Virus record (IMG/VR): IMGVR_UViG_3300024262_000013 | DNA length: 64,000 nucleotides | Reading direction: 5' to 3' (one strand) | From: a virus | Taxonomy: Duplodnaviria > Caudoviricetes | Shown: piece after piece, positions 9,398 to 18,587 of the stretch | Position numbering within the stretch: the stretch's first letter is position 1 | Layout of the letters: the number at the start of each line of letters is the position of its first letter | Program-made: the position numbers and the translations under genes | The notes under the pieces: model-generated | What the model was told of the DNA's origin: nothing | Seen by the model: only the letters and a program-made list of their open reading frames with translations | The model's database searches: none

Positions 9398-9976
9398 TTA
9401 AAATTCGGTGGTAAAAAAGAACACTTGAAAAAGTCTACCATCATACTTATCACTACCAAAATAATCCATCGATACGTGATAATTATCTGAACGATATAGT
9501 ACTAATCGGTTAAATTTATTACCTAAACGGTCAACTAAATCCCACTTTGTATAGTCATTAGCGACTGTCATATGTGGAGCTAACGCAGTTTCTTCTTCAC
9601 TATGTAAGTTATTATCCCACCCACATAAACCCGTGTCTCTATGTTTAAATAGACCAGTTCCTGAAGTTACAGGGGCATTAGGAGTTAAATAAAGAACTGC
9701 TGCCCATCCTGTTGTACTGTCAGAATGTATCCAAGAACGGTCATCTGAGGTAGTATACTGAAACGAACCAGAATATTCCCCACCCCAGTTAGTTACTTCA
9801 CCCGCAAAGGGTTTAAGTAACTCTTGTAACGTTTCCTTTAAATCTTCATTTAAATGTGATGTGGTCCTATGTCCGGGATAGTTACCGTCAACTCCAAAAT
9901 CTTGGGATAACGCAAAATCCCTAACTTCTATAGGGTTATTATAAAAATCATCAACTATTAATGTATTAACTCTCAT
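9398..9976 (-). CDS. DUF6445-like 2OG-Fe(II) oxygenase-like protein
   Basis: IVDDFYNNP, YPGHRT, WIHSD, WAAVLYLTP, NRLVLY, YH and RLFQVFF motifs. Confidence 0.75.
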   Translation of the reverse strand: MRVNTLIVDDFYNNPIEVRDFALSQDFGVDGNYPGHRTTSHLNEDLKETLQELLKPFAGEVTNWGGEYSGSFQYTTSDDRSWIHSDSTTGWAAVLYLTPNAPVTSGTGLFKHRDTGLCGWDNNLHSEEETALAPHMTVANDYTKWDLVDRLGNKFNRLVLYRSDNYHVSMDYFGSDKYDGRLFQVFFFTTEF

Positions 9977-9978
9977 AT

Positions 9979-10299
9979 TTATTCTTCTATTGTTAATTCA
10001 GGGTAATCCTTGTCTGAAAAGTAGTAAATAATGAAATCTAGTAAATCATTATCCTCTAAATAATCTTCAACATATTCATCATAAGGAATTACCCAATCTT
10101 TAGTGTAATGACTTTCAGTACTATAATCCCACTCATCACTATATACCTCTAAACCACCTATAGATTCTATATAATCTGAAAATTCTCCTTCACAAATTTT
10201 AATTTCTCGGTATCCTTCTTCCTTATTTAAGGAAAACATTATTTGTAATGTTCCTTTAATAAAATCATATTCGAGTATTTCAATAGTGTCTTTAGTCAT
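9979..10299 (-). CDS. small very acidic protein
   Basis: 106 aa, about 30 D/E versus 7 K/R. Confidence 0.7.
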   Translation of the reverse strand: MTKDTIEILEYDFIKGTLQIMFSLNKEEGYREIKICEGEFSDYIESIGGLEVYSDEWDYSTESHYTKDWVIPYDEYVEDYLEDNDLLDFIIYYFSDKDYPELTIEE

Positions 10300-10346
10300 T
10301 TTATAGATATTTGTATATAAAATAAAAGAATAATTATAAAAAGAAA

Positions 10347-10655
10347 ATGGAAATTACAGAAATAATATCATCATACATAAATAAAGGTAATAATCTTTTG
10401 AGAGTGGAGTTTCAAGTATTGAACGATGATAGTGTAAAGTCAGACGTTATAGAGTACCATTATGTTAAAGAATTTGGGTATGATGTTGAAATAATAATGG
10501 ATGTATTTGATGATTACGATACAGATTATGACGAATTAGAAACGTGGGATGATGATGATAATGAAGTCTTAATTGATGATGTTACTTTAACTTCATTTTT
10601 AAATGAATATTATATTATTTTTCCCGATAGAAAACCTGACGAAGAATACAATTAA
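10347..10655 (+). CDS. small very acidic protein
   Basis: 102 aa, about 30 D/E versus 6 K/R. Confidence 0.7.
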   Translation: MEITEIISSYINKGNNLLRVEFQVLNDDSVKSDVIEYHYVKEFGYDVEIIMDVFDDYDTDYDELETWDDDDNEVLIDDVTLTSFLNEYYIIFPDRKPDEEYN

Positions 10656-10669
10656 TACTATTTATAGAT

Positions 10670-11170
10670 ATGTCAAAAAGTATTGTACCCCAAAGTAATA
10701 ATGATAAATCGGGTAATTCCTATATGATGAATCTCATTAATAAATTACTAGGTAAAATATTTCTAAAGAAACCTGTGTTCTTTGGTTTAAACGACCAAAA
10801 AATAACTTTATTGGTTAGTCCTACTATGAAGATATACGGAGTGTATGTGTCACCTGAACGATTAAGAAGTAGGTTCCCTTTTCAAGAAAGGAAATTTTTA
10901 AATCTAAAAGACTTAAAGTTATGGGCAGAAGATAATGAATTTGATATATCATTCTCAGCTGAGACACCTAAACTTAAAAGGGAGTTATTAATCTCTTTAG
11001 GAGATGTTATGGTTGAGTCTACAGGAGATAAGGAAAGAGAGTTGAGTGTTGTGGTAATGGAGGAATTAAAAAAATCTAAATTACCCGACTCAATTAAAGA
11101 GTGGGCTAAAGAAAATCCCGAAAAGTTTATTAGAAACATAAGACATGTTCAAAACATACTAAAAAGATAA
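10670..11170 (+). CDS. hypothetical protein
   Basis: 166-aa ORF with TATTTATA at 10659. Confidence 0.7.
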   Translation: MSKSIVPQSNNDKSGNSYMMNLINKLLGKIFLKKPVFFGLNDQKITLLVSPTMKIYGVYVSPERLRSRFPFQERKFLNLKDLKLWAEDNEFDISFSAETPKLKRELLISLGDVMVESTGDKERELSVVVMEELKKSKLPDSIKEWAKENPEKFIRNIRHVQNILKR

Positions 11171-11192
11171 AAGTGGTCAACGACCACTTTTT
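11169..11192. terminator. bidirectional terminator
   Basis: AAAAGTGGTC-AAC-GACCACTTTT between convergent genes. Confidence 0.75.
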
Positions 11193-11196
11193 CTGT

Positions 11197-11688
11197 TTAA
11201 GGACCTACTCTTGAGAGTCTAATCCACATATTTACATTTTCACCATTATTCAAATGTTGGTTCGGGAATTTTAAAACTAAATGTTCTAACCCATCTTCCT
11301 CAATGATAAAGTTTCTTGGGTGTAGTATTCCTCCGATATAATAGTCAATTCTTAAATCATCCCAGTACCCATCTACCCCTTGATTAACAGTAAATGGGTA
11401 ATTGAATTCCCATTCGTCACCACCTGGAAATACTTGATATCCCATATAGAAAGTTCTACCACTGAATGATACTTTTTCATTTCCAACATCCAAATCACCT
11501 ATAGTTGTAGACACTATCCCATTTTCTATATAATTATTCATTTCAGTCCCATCATGGGTATTAACACCATCATGTCTTATCGAACTAACCATGTACGTAC
11601 CATCTAATGTCGGGTAAGTTTCAAGTTCATATTTTTCACAACCGACAAGTGTAAGGACTAAAGATAAAAGGAATAGTATGTTTTTCAT
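11197..11688 (-). CDS. lipoprotein, possibly lipocalin-like
   Basis: MKNILFLLSLVLTLVG|C lipobox; TATATTTG on the minus strand at 11712-11719. Confidence 0.75.
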   Translation of the reverse strand: MKNILFLLSLVLTLVGCEKYELETYPTLDGTYMVSSIRHDGVNTHDGTEMNNYIENGIVSTTIGDLDVGNEKVSFSGRTFYMGYQVFPGGDEWEFNYPFTVNQGVDGYWDDLRIDYYIGGILHPRNFIIEEDGLEHLVLKFPNQHLNNGENVNMWIRLSRVGP

Positions 11689-11776
11689 AATGTTTATGTA
11701 TTTTATTTATACAAATATACGCCTTTTTATTTAACTGCAAAGCAATATAATGGGTTTTTATAATATTTATAGAATT

Positions 11777-12454
11777 ATGGGTTACTTAATAAAGGAAATA
11801 TCACGTATTAAAGGTATCATGGGTTTAATATCTGAAGGTGAATCACAATTTGATTCTTCGGAAAAAAAAACGGTTGACGACTTTGTTGATTTCGTTAAGA
11901 AAGAACTTAATATCGATAATGATGTTGAAGTTAAACTTCAAAATAACAAAGACGGTATTAAGACTACTGCGGTATATAAGTACAAAGACGGTGAGGACGA
12001 AGAATTTGAAGACTCTGAGATAAGGGTGTTTACCTTAGGAAGGGCATTAGTGGACGTTCTACGTTCTATTGCTCATGAGTTAGTACATCATATGCAAAAT
12101 GAAAAAGGAGACCTTGAAGGTAAGGTATCTAATGTTGGTGGACCTATTGAAGATGAGGCAAACTCAGTTGCTGGAGAACTAATTAAAAAATACGGATTGA
12201 AAGACCCTGAGATTTATGGGGATGAAGATAAAGAAGAGATGGGTGAACAAGAAGACGGTGGTGGAGATTCAGATTCATCGTCAGCCAACTCAAGTGTTTC
12301 AACATGGGAAACAGGTATAAGTAGAGGAGTAGGAAACACATTAACATTAAATGTTTGGAATAGTGGTGTAAACCGAAGTAAAGCCAATCATATAGACTCA
12401 ACAGGTACTTGGGAATCCGGAATAAGTAGAGGTAAGTCGAATCCACTAAATTAA
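11777..12454 (+). CDS. HEXXH metallopeptidase-like protein with C-terminal W-x-S/T-G repeats
   Basis: LRSIAHELVHHMQ...EDEAN. The start is moved to 11777 because TATTTATA sits at 11764-11771. Confidence 0.7.
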   Translation: MGYLIKEISRIKGIMGLISEGESQFDSSEKKTVDDFVDFVKKELNIDNDVEVKLQNNKDGIKTTAVYKYKDGEDEEFEDSEIRVFTLGRALVDVLRSIAHELVHHMQNEKGDLEGKVSNVGGPIEDEANSVAGELIKKYGLKDPEIYGDEDKEEMGEQEDGGGDSDSSSANSSVSTWETGISRGVGNTLTLNVWNSGVNRSKANHIDSTGTWESGISRGKSNPLN

Positions 12455-12469
12455 CATATTTATATAACA

Positions 12470-13870
12470 ATGGGAAACTTAAAAGATAAAATTATAACGG
12501 AAGAATTAAAACAAATAGTTATTTTAATGAACTATGATAGGTCTAAGACTTTATTAGAACAAGGTGACGCTAAATTCGATATACAACAAACACAAAGACA
12601 CGCTGAACAACTTGGTGTAACTTACCAGGAGGCTAAAAGAATGGAAAACCCAGAATTATATAAATTAGCCGATAAATTTGAATGGGACCATGACATATCT
12701 GGTATAGTTGAAATAACCTTAGTTATGGCGGGTATTGCTGTTAGTATGACAGGAGTAGGGTTAGTGTCTGGTGTGGGTCCAGCGTTAATACTCGCAGGAA
12801 CTGCAGTAGGAGTTGCCGACGCACTTGTTTACTTCTCTGAAGGCGACCCATATATGGGTACAATGATGTTAGCCCTAAATTTAATACCTGGAGGTGAATT
12901 AGTTAGTATATTAACAAAAAAGGCGGCGGCAGAAACTGCTGAAGTCATTACCGAACAAACCATAAAACAAGCTAGAAGTGGAATGGGAAAATTAGGAAAG
13001 GAAATATTGACTGATGTTGAACAGGCGGCGTTAGACCAAGTATCGAGAGCTATGAAACAAGTCACCCCTGAGATTATTGCTAAAAATGCAAAATATGCTC
13101 TTGAAGCAATGCAAAAAACATTAAAAAGTATACCCCTATCTAAAACTATTGCTTTATTAATGGGATTATCTGGTAAAGTAGGTAAGACAGTTATTAAAGT
13201 AGGTAGAATAGCGATAACGGTAGATTTATTTTGGACATTATTTACCACACCCGAATCGTGGAGAAGTAAAATGAGAGATAAAAGTTCATTTTCTAAAATT
13301 ATGGATATGTTATATGATGGAAAATTAGATGATACAATAATTGATGGACTGTGGGGACTTTGGAATATGCTGTGGAATGAAGATGGTACTGAAAATACTG
13401 AAGGAAGGGAAAAATTTCAAACGCTTTTAGTTGATGATAATATTAGTGACGAAGAACTAGCAAATACGGAATACTCAAATAACCTAAACGAACTATTAAA
13501 TACAGAGTGGGAAAAAAGTTTGAATGATTTAGATTCTCAGTGGGGTGTAAATTCAGAAACAGTTAAATCACAGAAATCTAATTATGAACCTGTTAAATTT
13601 GATAATTTAATTAAAGGAAAGCAGACGATACGTAAAGGTCAGAAAGGCGATGTAGTTAGAGATATACAAAGAATGTTAGTAACTCTTGGATATTATTTAG
13701 GAAATACTGGTAAAACAAAAGATGGGGTAGATGGAGACTATGGTGATAAAATGGAGACAGCTTTATATAAGTTTCAAATAGATAACGACTTAGATGATTT
13801 TGATGGTATAGTGGGTAAAGATACGTCTAATAAACTTTATGAACTATACAAAGAAAAAAAAGGATTATAA
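12470..13870 (+). CDS. putative virion protein with a hydrophobic hairpin and a C-terminal PG_binding_1 domain
   Basis: IRKGQKGDVVRDIQRML...DGDYG...FQ...DGIVG, plus a long Gly/Ala/Val-rich segment. Confidence 0.8.
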   Translation: MGNLKDKIITEELKQIVILMNYDRSKTLLEQGDAKFDIQQTQRHAEQLGVTYQEAKRMENPELYKLADKFEWDHDISGIVEITLVMAGIAVSMTGVGLVSGVGPALILAGTAVGVADALVYFSEGDPYMGTMMLALNLIPGGELVSILTKKAAAETAEVITEQTIKQARSGMGKLGKEILTDVEQAALDQVSRAMKQVTPEIIAKNAKYALEAMQKTLKSIPLSKTIALLMGLSGKVGKTVIKVGRIAITVDLFWTLFTTPESWRSKMRDKSSFSKIMDMLYDGKLDDTIIDGLWGLWNMLWNEDGTENTEGREKFQTLLVDDNISDEELANTEYSNNLNELLNTEWEKSLNDLDSQWGVNSETVKSQKSNYEPVKFDNLIKGKQTIRKGQKGDVVRDIQRMLVTLGYYLGNTGKTKDGVDGDYGDKMETALYKFQIDNDLDDFDGIVGKDTSNKLYELYKEKKGL

Positions 13871-15888
13871 TGAAAAAAGATAAAAAACTATTATCGGAAA
13901 TAGAAAGATTAAATGAACTTATGGGTAATAAGTTGTTATTAAACGAACAAGGTTGGATAGATGATTTAATTTTAGGTCTTACTAAATTAGGTACTAAACA
14001 AACTGATGAATTAGCCATTGCCGCCTCTAAATTATCAGATAACTCATTAACTTCTGTACAACGTGCAACGGCCTTAGAAGATGTTATACGTATTGCCAAA
14101 AAAAATGGTGATGATGCTATAATAAAACAGATAAATCAGTCTTTAATGAGTAGTGAGTTATTTTCACAAGGAATTAATAAATTAGTAAAAGACGCTGAAA
14201 GTCTTATTGAATCAGGTTTATCCAGAAACGCAAGTAAAGAGGATTTATTAACGATGTTACTTGATGATTTTAATCCTGCAACTGGGGATGATGTATTAAA
14301 CGCATTTATAAACAGACAACTTCGTAGAAAATTAAGTACTCAAATTGACGTTATAATTGCAAAAATGGATGGTGTTGTTGATGATGTTGTTGATAATACG
14401 CGTAGAGCTACTGATGATGTTGTTGATGATGTTGTGGATGATGTGGATGATGTTGTGGATGATGTTGTGGATGATGTTGTGGATGATATAGATATTGAGT
14501 CTATTGAAGAATTAGAAAATTTTAAATGGGATGAAATGACTACACTTTCAGATGAGGAAGCATCATTAATCTTAACAAACGCCAATAAAGGAGGTATTAG
14601 AAAGTTTATTGATGATATTCTTTCTATACGTGTTGATAAAATAACTAAACTTAGTCAAAGAATAAAAAAACTATCAAAGGTATATGTCGAAACAACCAAT
14701 TCGACATTAAAGGCTCAGATTGAAGAACGATTAAAAAAAGATTTTTATACTTTAGGTGTGAATAAAAATTCTGCAGCTAAAGAAACTAACTCTTATTTAA
14801 CTGACGTAATAAATAATTTTCAGAGAGACGCGAGAGGAAATATTATTAATCCTAGTGAAAAAAGATTCGTAGAGTATATAGGGGAGATTAAAAAGGATTC
14901 TGGTAATTTTACAGAGATTGTTAAAATGATGAATTTATCTCAAGCAGGTTCAAAAAAAATAAGTATTTTAAGAGATGCGTGGTCTGGCAGTATAATGTCT
15001 AAAAACATTTTACGTAATATAAGGAACATGGGGAAACAAATTAAAAATACCGGAAAAGGTTTTGTTGGTAAAAGTGTGGAACAAGTAAGTAAAGAAACTG
15101 CGGAGTTAATTGGTAAGGATAGAGAAAAACTTTTTAACTGGTTAAAATCGGGCTCCCCAAGAGGTAACCCATTTAAGCCTAAATATGTAAAGAACTATGT
15201 TGATATAATAGAAAGTGGAGGATTAACTGCGGCTAAAAAAGCGTACATGTTAGAATTAGTTTTTAGACTTGTACAATGGAAAATTTCGTTCGCAGCTCTT
15301 TACACTCTAAGGAACTGGTTGTCATACGCTGTAGCAGGTTCCGAAGATAGAAAACTATTTGAAAAATGTCGTGCTAGTGAACCTGAAAATCGAGAAGCTA
15401 ATTGTCTAGGTATTGATACTTGGGTTAAAGAGTGGGGATTTGATTTTGCGGATGGGGCTACGGAAAGTAATAAAAAATGGTTATACAATTTCTTACCAAA
15501 TTTATGGGGAAATGGATTTTCCGATGAGCTTACTGATTGGATTCCTGGTAGATATGATGATGCCGGTGTTTTTATTTGGAAATTCTTTGAGAAATCAGCA
15601 GATAGTGATACTTTAGATGATATAGAAAGAAATATAAATCAGGGTGTAGAAGAATCGATGGAAGAAATTGATAACATAACAACTGAGATAGAGGATGAAC
15701 TTGAAGAGGAAGATATTAACATTCCAACTATACCTATCTCATATCCATCAGGTAGACCTGGCTCTGTAGAACATTTTATAGAGGAGACAGGTGCTGATGG
15801 CGCTACTCTTGTTAATGGTGTTATTATGTATGACGGTGACGGTTATAAATGGGATGATAACGAAAAAGAATACGTTGAAAATGAATAA
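13870..15888 (+). CDS. large putative virion protein with DDVV repeats
   Basis: 672 aa, LLSEIERLNELM...LLNE leader, coupled to the upstream gene. Confidence 0.75.
   Translation: MKKDKKLLSEIERLNELMGNKLLLNEQGWIDDLILGLTKLGTKQTDELAIAASKLSDNSLTSVQRATALEDVIRIAKKNGDDAIIKQINQSLMSSELFSQGINKLVKDAESLIESGLSRNASKEDLLTMLLDDFNPATGDDVLNAFINRQLRRKLSTQIDVIIAKMDGVVDDVVDNTRRATDDVVDDVVDDVDDVVDDVVDDVVDDIDIESIEELENFKWDEMTTLSDEEASLILTNANKGGIRKFIDDILSIRVDKITKLSQRIKKLSKVYVETTNSTLKAQIEERLKKDFYTLGVNKNSAAKETNSYLTDVINNFQRDARGNIINPSEKRFVEYIGEIKKDSGNFTEIVKMMNLSQAGSKKISILRDAWSGSIMSKNILRNIRNMGKQIKNTGKGFVGKSVEQVSKETAELIGKDREKLFNWLKSGSPRGNPFKPKYVKNYVDIIESGGLTAAKKAYMLELVFRLVQWKISFAALYTLRNWLSYAVAGSEDRKLFEKCRASEPENREANCLGIDTWVKEWGFDFADGATESNKKWLYNFLPNLWGNGFSDELTDWIPGRYDDAGVFIWKFFEKSADSDTLDDIERNINQGVEESMEEIDNITTEIEDELEEEDINIPTIPISYPSGRPGSVEHFIEETGADGATLVNGVIMYDGDGYKWDDNEKEYVENE
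14413..14487 (+). repeat. 12-nt tandem repeat GATGATGTTGT(T/G) encoding DDVV
   Basis: About 6 imperfect units read directly from the sequence. Confidence 0.85.
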
Positions 15889-15909
15889 ATATATAATAAA
15901 AAATATAAC

Positions 15910-16980
15910 ATGAGTTTAGGAAAATTTTGTAGTGTGTGTAAAACAGGTAGTAAGGAGTATAAAAAACCTGTTTGTAAAAATAAGGTAAATGACGGAACCG
16001 CCGAATGCACTAAATTTGATTTAGATAAAGTAGCGGCTGACATACCTGAAATTAAAGGTAAAGATGGTGGAGTTGAAGATAAACTTACGATTACTAAAAA
16101 AATGTTAACTACTAAAGACGGTAAAATATATTTTCACGGTGAAGATAAAGAAACCGAAGGTTTGAAAGTGGACTTCGAACTGAAAAAAGAGAATGATGTT
16201 TGGAGCCTTTTGGACCCTAAAAAAGTCGGTGGTGAAGGGTGGATACCTTTTTCAGATTATTTAACAACGTCATTATACGAACAAACATTAAAAGAACAAA
16301 AAGAAATGAAATCAATATCAGACAAAATAGAAGAAAAATTAAGAGACATATATTTTTATACTGTTTCAGAAAAAGGTAAAGAACGAGTAACGTTTGATTT
16401 AGAGGATAAAAGAAATATCGAACAACACTTAAAAGATTTATATAACCAAAACATCGTAGGTGATAGAGGTTTTATAATGGCAGTCGTAAGAGCCAAAGGT
16501 TCAGATAAGGAAGATGGTCAACTAATTAAATTAGGTTCATTTCCAAAAGACTCTAATATTGATTTAGGATTTGAAGAAAAAGGTTTAGGTTCATTGGTCG
16601 GTACTCAATACTTCTCAATTAAAAATAATGATGGACCTGACGATAGAGATTTCGAGATTGTTAGGGGAGACATTAACAAAGACATTGAATTTAAAAAAGA
16701 AGTTGGGGTTGAAGAACCTAAAGAACCTATGAGTCAACCTGTTAAGGAAGAGCCGTATGAAGAGGTTATGAAACAAAGAGAACTTAAAGGTTTAGCATCT
16801 TTAGTTAATTCTGATGAGGTTGGTAATAATTTTACAAAAAAACAAAGAGAAATATTAGAAAAACTTAAAGGTCAAGGATACTTATTTAAGAGACCTGTTG
16901 AAGACACTAACTATAAACAAACAAAAGTTAATAGTTCTGAATTTACAGAATCATTTAATGTTTGGAAAAAACAAAATTAA
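15910..16980 (+). CDS. hypothetical protein with a Cys-rich N-terminus
   Basis: 356-aa ORF starting FCSVCK...C...C. Confidence 0.7.
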   Translation: MSLGKFCSVCKTGSKEYKKPVCKNKVNDGTAECTKFDLDKVAADIPEIKGKDGGVEDKLTITKKMLTTKDGKIYFHGEDKETEGLKVDFELKKENDVWSLLDPKKVGGEGWIPFSDYLTTSLYEQTLKEQKEMKSISDKIEEKLRDIYFYTVSEKGKERVTFDLEDKRNIEQHLKDLYNQNIVGDRGFIMAVVRAKGSDKEDGQLIKLGSFPKDSNIDLGFEEKGLGSLVGTQYFSIKNNDGPDDRDFEIVRGDINKDIEFKKEVGVEEPKEPMSQPVKEEPYEEVMKQRELKGLASLVNSDEVGNNFTKKQREILEKLKGQGYLFKRPVEDTNYKQTKVNSSEFTESFNVWKKQN

Positions 16981-16984
16981 TAAA

Positions 16985-17590
16985 ATGGGTATAAAAGATT
17001 CAATAAGAAAAAACATTCAAATCTTACAAGAAGAGAAAAAGGTAACGTTAACTGAAGAGAAAATAGTTAAAGGTAGATTTTCTATGGTACCTAAAAATAT
17101 AAATAAACACTCCACAATACAAAATAATAAAACGTTTAATGTACTGTTTAATGAAATCAGAGTCTTAAAGTCTCGTGGTATTAATCAGAAATTAATTAAT
17201 GAAAATTTAGTTCAAGTATTAAGTCAAATGTTTGATGAGGAAGGTCCTCGTTTTCTTGACGTAGTTAAGGAAAAATTAGCTCAATACTTAAAAAGTAAGT
17301 TACAACTTACAGATATAGAACAAGAGATTTTAGTTAGTGCTATTGGTAACACTGAAATGGATGAGGTATCTGAATTATTTAATGACCCAAGATTTTTGGC
17401 TCAGAAAATATCTCAGGCATACTCTGAAGATATGGGTGGTAAATATTCAATGGTGAATATGGACAATTCCCAAGAGATGGTTAAGAAACTTGAGGATACA
17501 TTTGTCGATAAGTTAAAGCCTGTAATAGGGGACGTTAATTCTAAGATGGAATTAAAGTTGAAGGACATTAGAGATAATATGCTTTCATAA
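16985..17590 (+). CDS. hypothetical helical protein
   Basis: The in-frame ATG at 16985 avoids overlap with the upstream gene. Confidence 0.7.
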   Translation: MGIKDSIRKNIQILQEEKKVTLTEEKIVKGRFSMVPKNINKHSTIQNNKTFNVLFNEIRVLKSRGINQKLINENLVQVLSQMFDEEGPRFLDVVKEKLAQYLKSKLQLTDIEQEILVSAIGNTEMDEVSELFNDPRFLAQKISQAYSEDMGGKYSMVNMDNSQEMVKKLEDTFVDKLKPVIGDVNSKMELKLKDIRDNMLS

Positions 17591-17626
17591 ACTTTTTAAG
17601 AAAAAAGGGGGTTAAAACAATCTATT

Positions 17627-17656
17627 AAAAGGTATCGGAAACGATACCTTTTTTTT
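17627..17656 (+). terminator. intrinsic terminator
   Basis: AAAAGGTATCG-GAAA-CGATACCTTTT followed by a T run. Confidence 0.85.
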
Positions 17657-17806
17657 ATATAAATCAGTTTATAATTTGGTGGTTAAGAATTTTATATGTA
17701 TTTTTGTGATGGTGCTTTAAATTTTATAGGTATAATGTTTTATTTTATTAGATACAATACTTGAATTTATCCATAAGTAACATATTTTATAATAAAAAGT
17801 ACTTTT

Positions 17807-18556
17807 ATGAAATTAGACCAAGTATATGTAATTTCTTTGGACCATAGTGAGGAATACTTAAAAGACATATTCGATAGATTAGGTAAAATCCCATTACCAT
17901 ATGATACCCCGGTATTTATTATTGATGCTTTTTTAGGAACCCGTCTAAAAACTGAAACCGACTTAGGTTATGGGTTGTACCATAATTGGGATATTTCTGA
18001 TTTAAAACCTAATTGGCATTGGTGGGAAAGACCCACAACCTATGGTGAAGCCGGTGGTATGATTTCACATACTCTGTGTTGGGAAGATGCATATTCTAAT
18101 GGATATGAAAATATAATGATATTAGAGGATGACTTTGATACTGACGGTACATTAGATTGGAAAATTTTTGATGAGTTAAAAGGTTATCAGTGGGATTTAT
18201 GTTTATTATCTCATAACCAAGTACACCATAATTTTAATAATTTACCCCAACCGTCTGAAATAGGTAAAGAACATTTTATTAAACCATCTTATTTCTATAA
18301 CAGCCACACCTATTTATTACAAAAAGAAGGTATTAGGAAGTTAATAGAGGACCACTTACCTACCCTAAAAGACAATGTAATCGTTTCTGACGAGTTTTTA
18401 TCAGCCGTGGTGACCACACACCCTAGAAAAGATTTAAGAGAGATGTACGTGTCTAATTTGAACGCCATAGCAACTAAAGAAGACTATACATATCAAACTC
18501 GTTATATGAGTGCTGGTAATTCTTTAACTGAACCTACTGAGGACGATAAGAAATAA
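17807..18556 (+). CDS. GT25 glycosyltransferase (LPS or procollagen galactosyltransferase-like)
   Basis: VYVISL, GEAGGMISH...W, ILEDDF and HTYLL motifs. Confidence 0.85.
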   Translation: MKLDQVYVISLDHSEEYLKDIFDRLGKIPLPYDTPVFIIDAFLGTRLKTETDLGYGLYHNWDISDLKPNWHWWERPTTYGEAGGMISHTLCWEDAYSNGYENIMILEDDFDTDGTLDWKIFDELKGYQWDLCLLSHNQVHHNFNNLPQPSEIGKEHFIKPSYFYNSHTYLLQKEGIRKLIEDHLPTLKDNVIVSDEFLSAVVTTHPRKDLREMYVSNLNAIATKEDYTYQTRYMSAGNSLTEPTEDDKK

Positions 18557-18560
18557 AAAA

Positions 18561-18578
18561 GGGGGTCGTTTGACCCCC
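18561..18578. terminator. terminator hairpin between convergent genes
   Basis: GGGGGTC-GTTT-GACCCCC flanked by A and T runs. Confidence 0.7.
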
Positions 18579-18587
18579 ACTTTCTTT

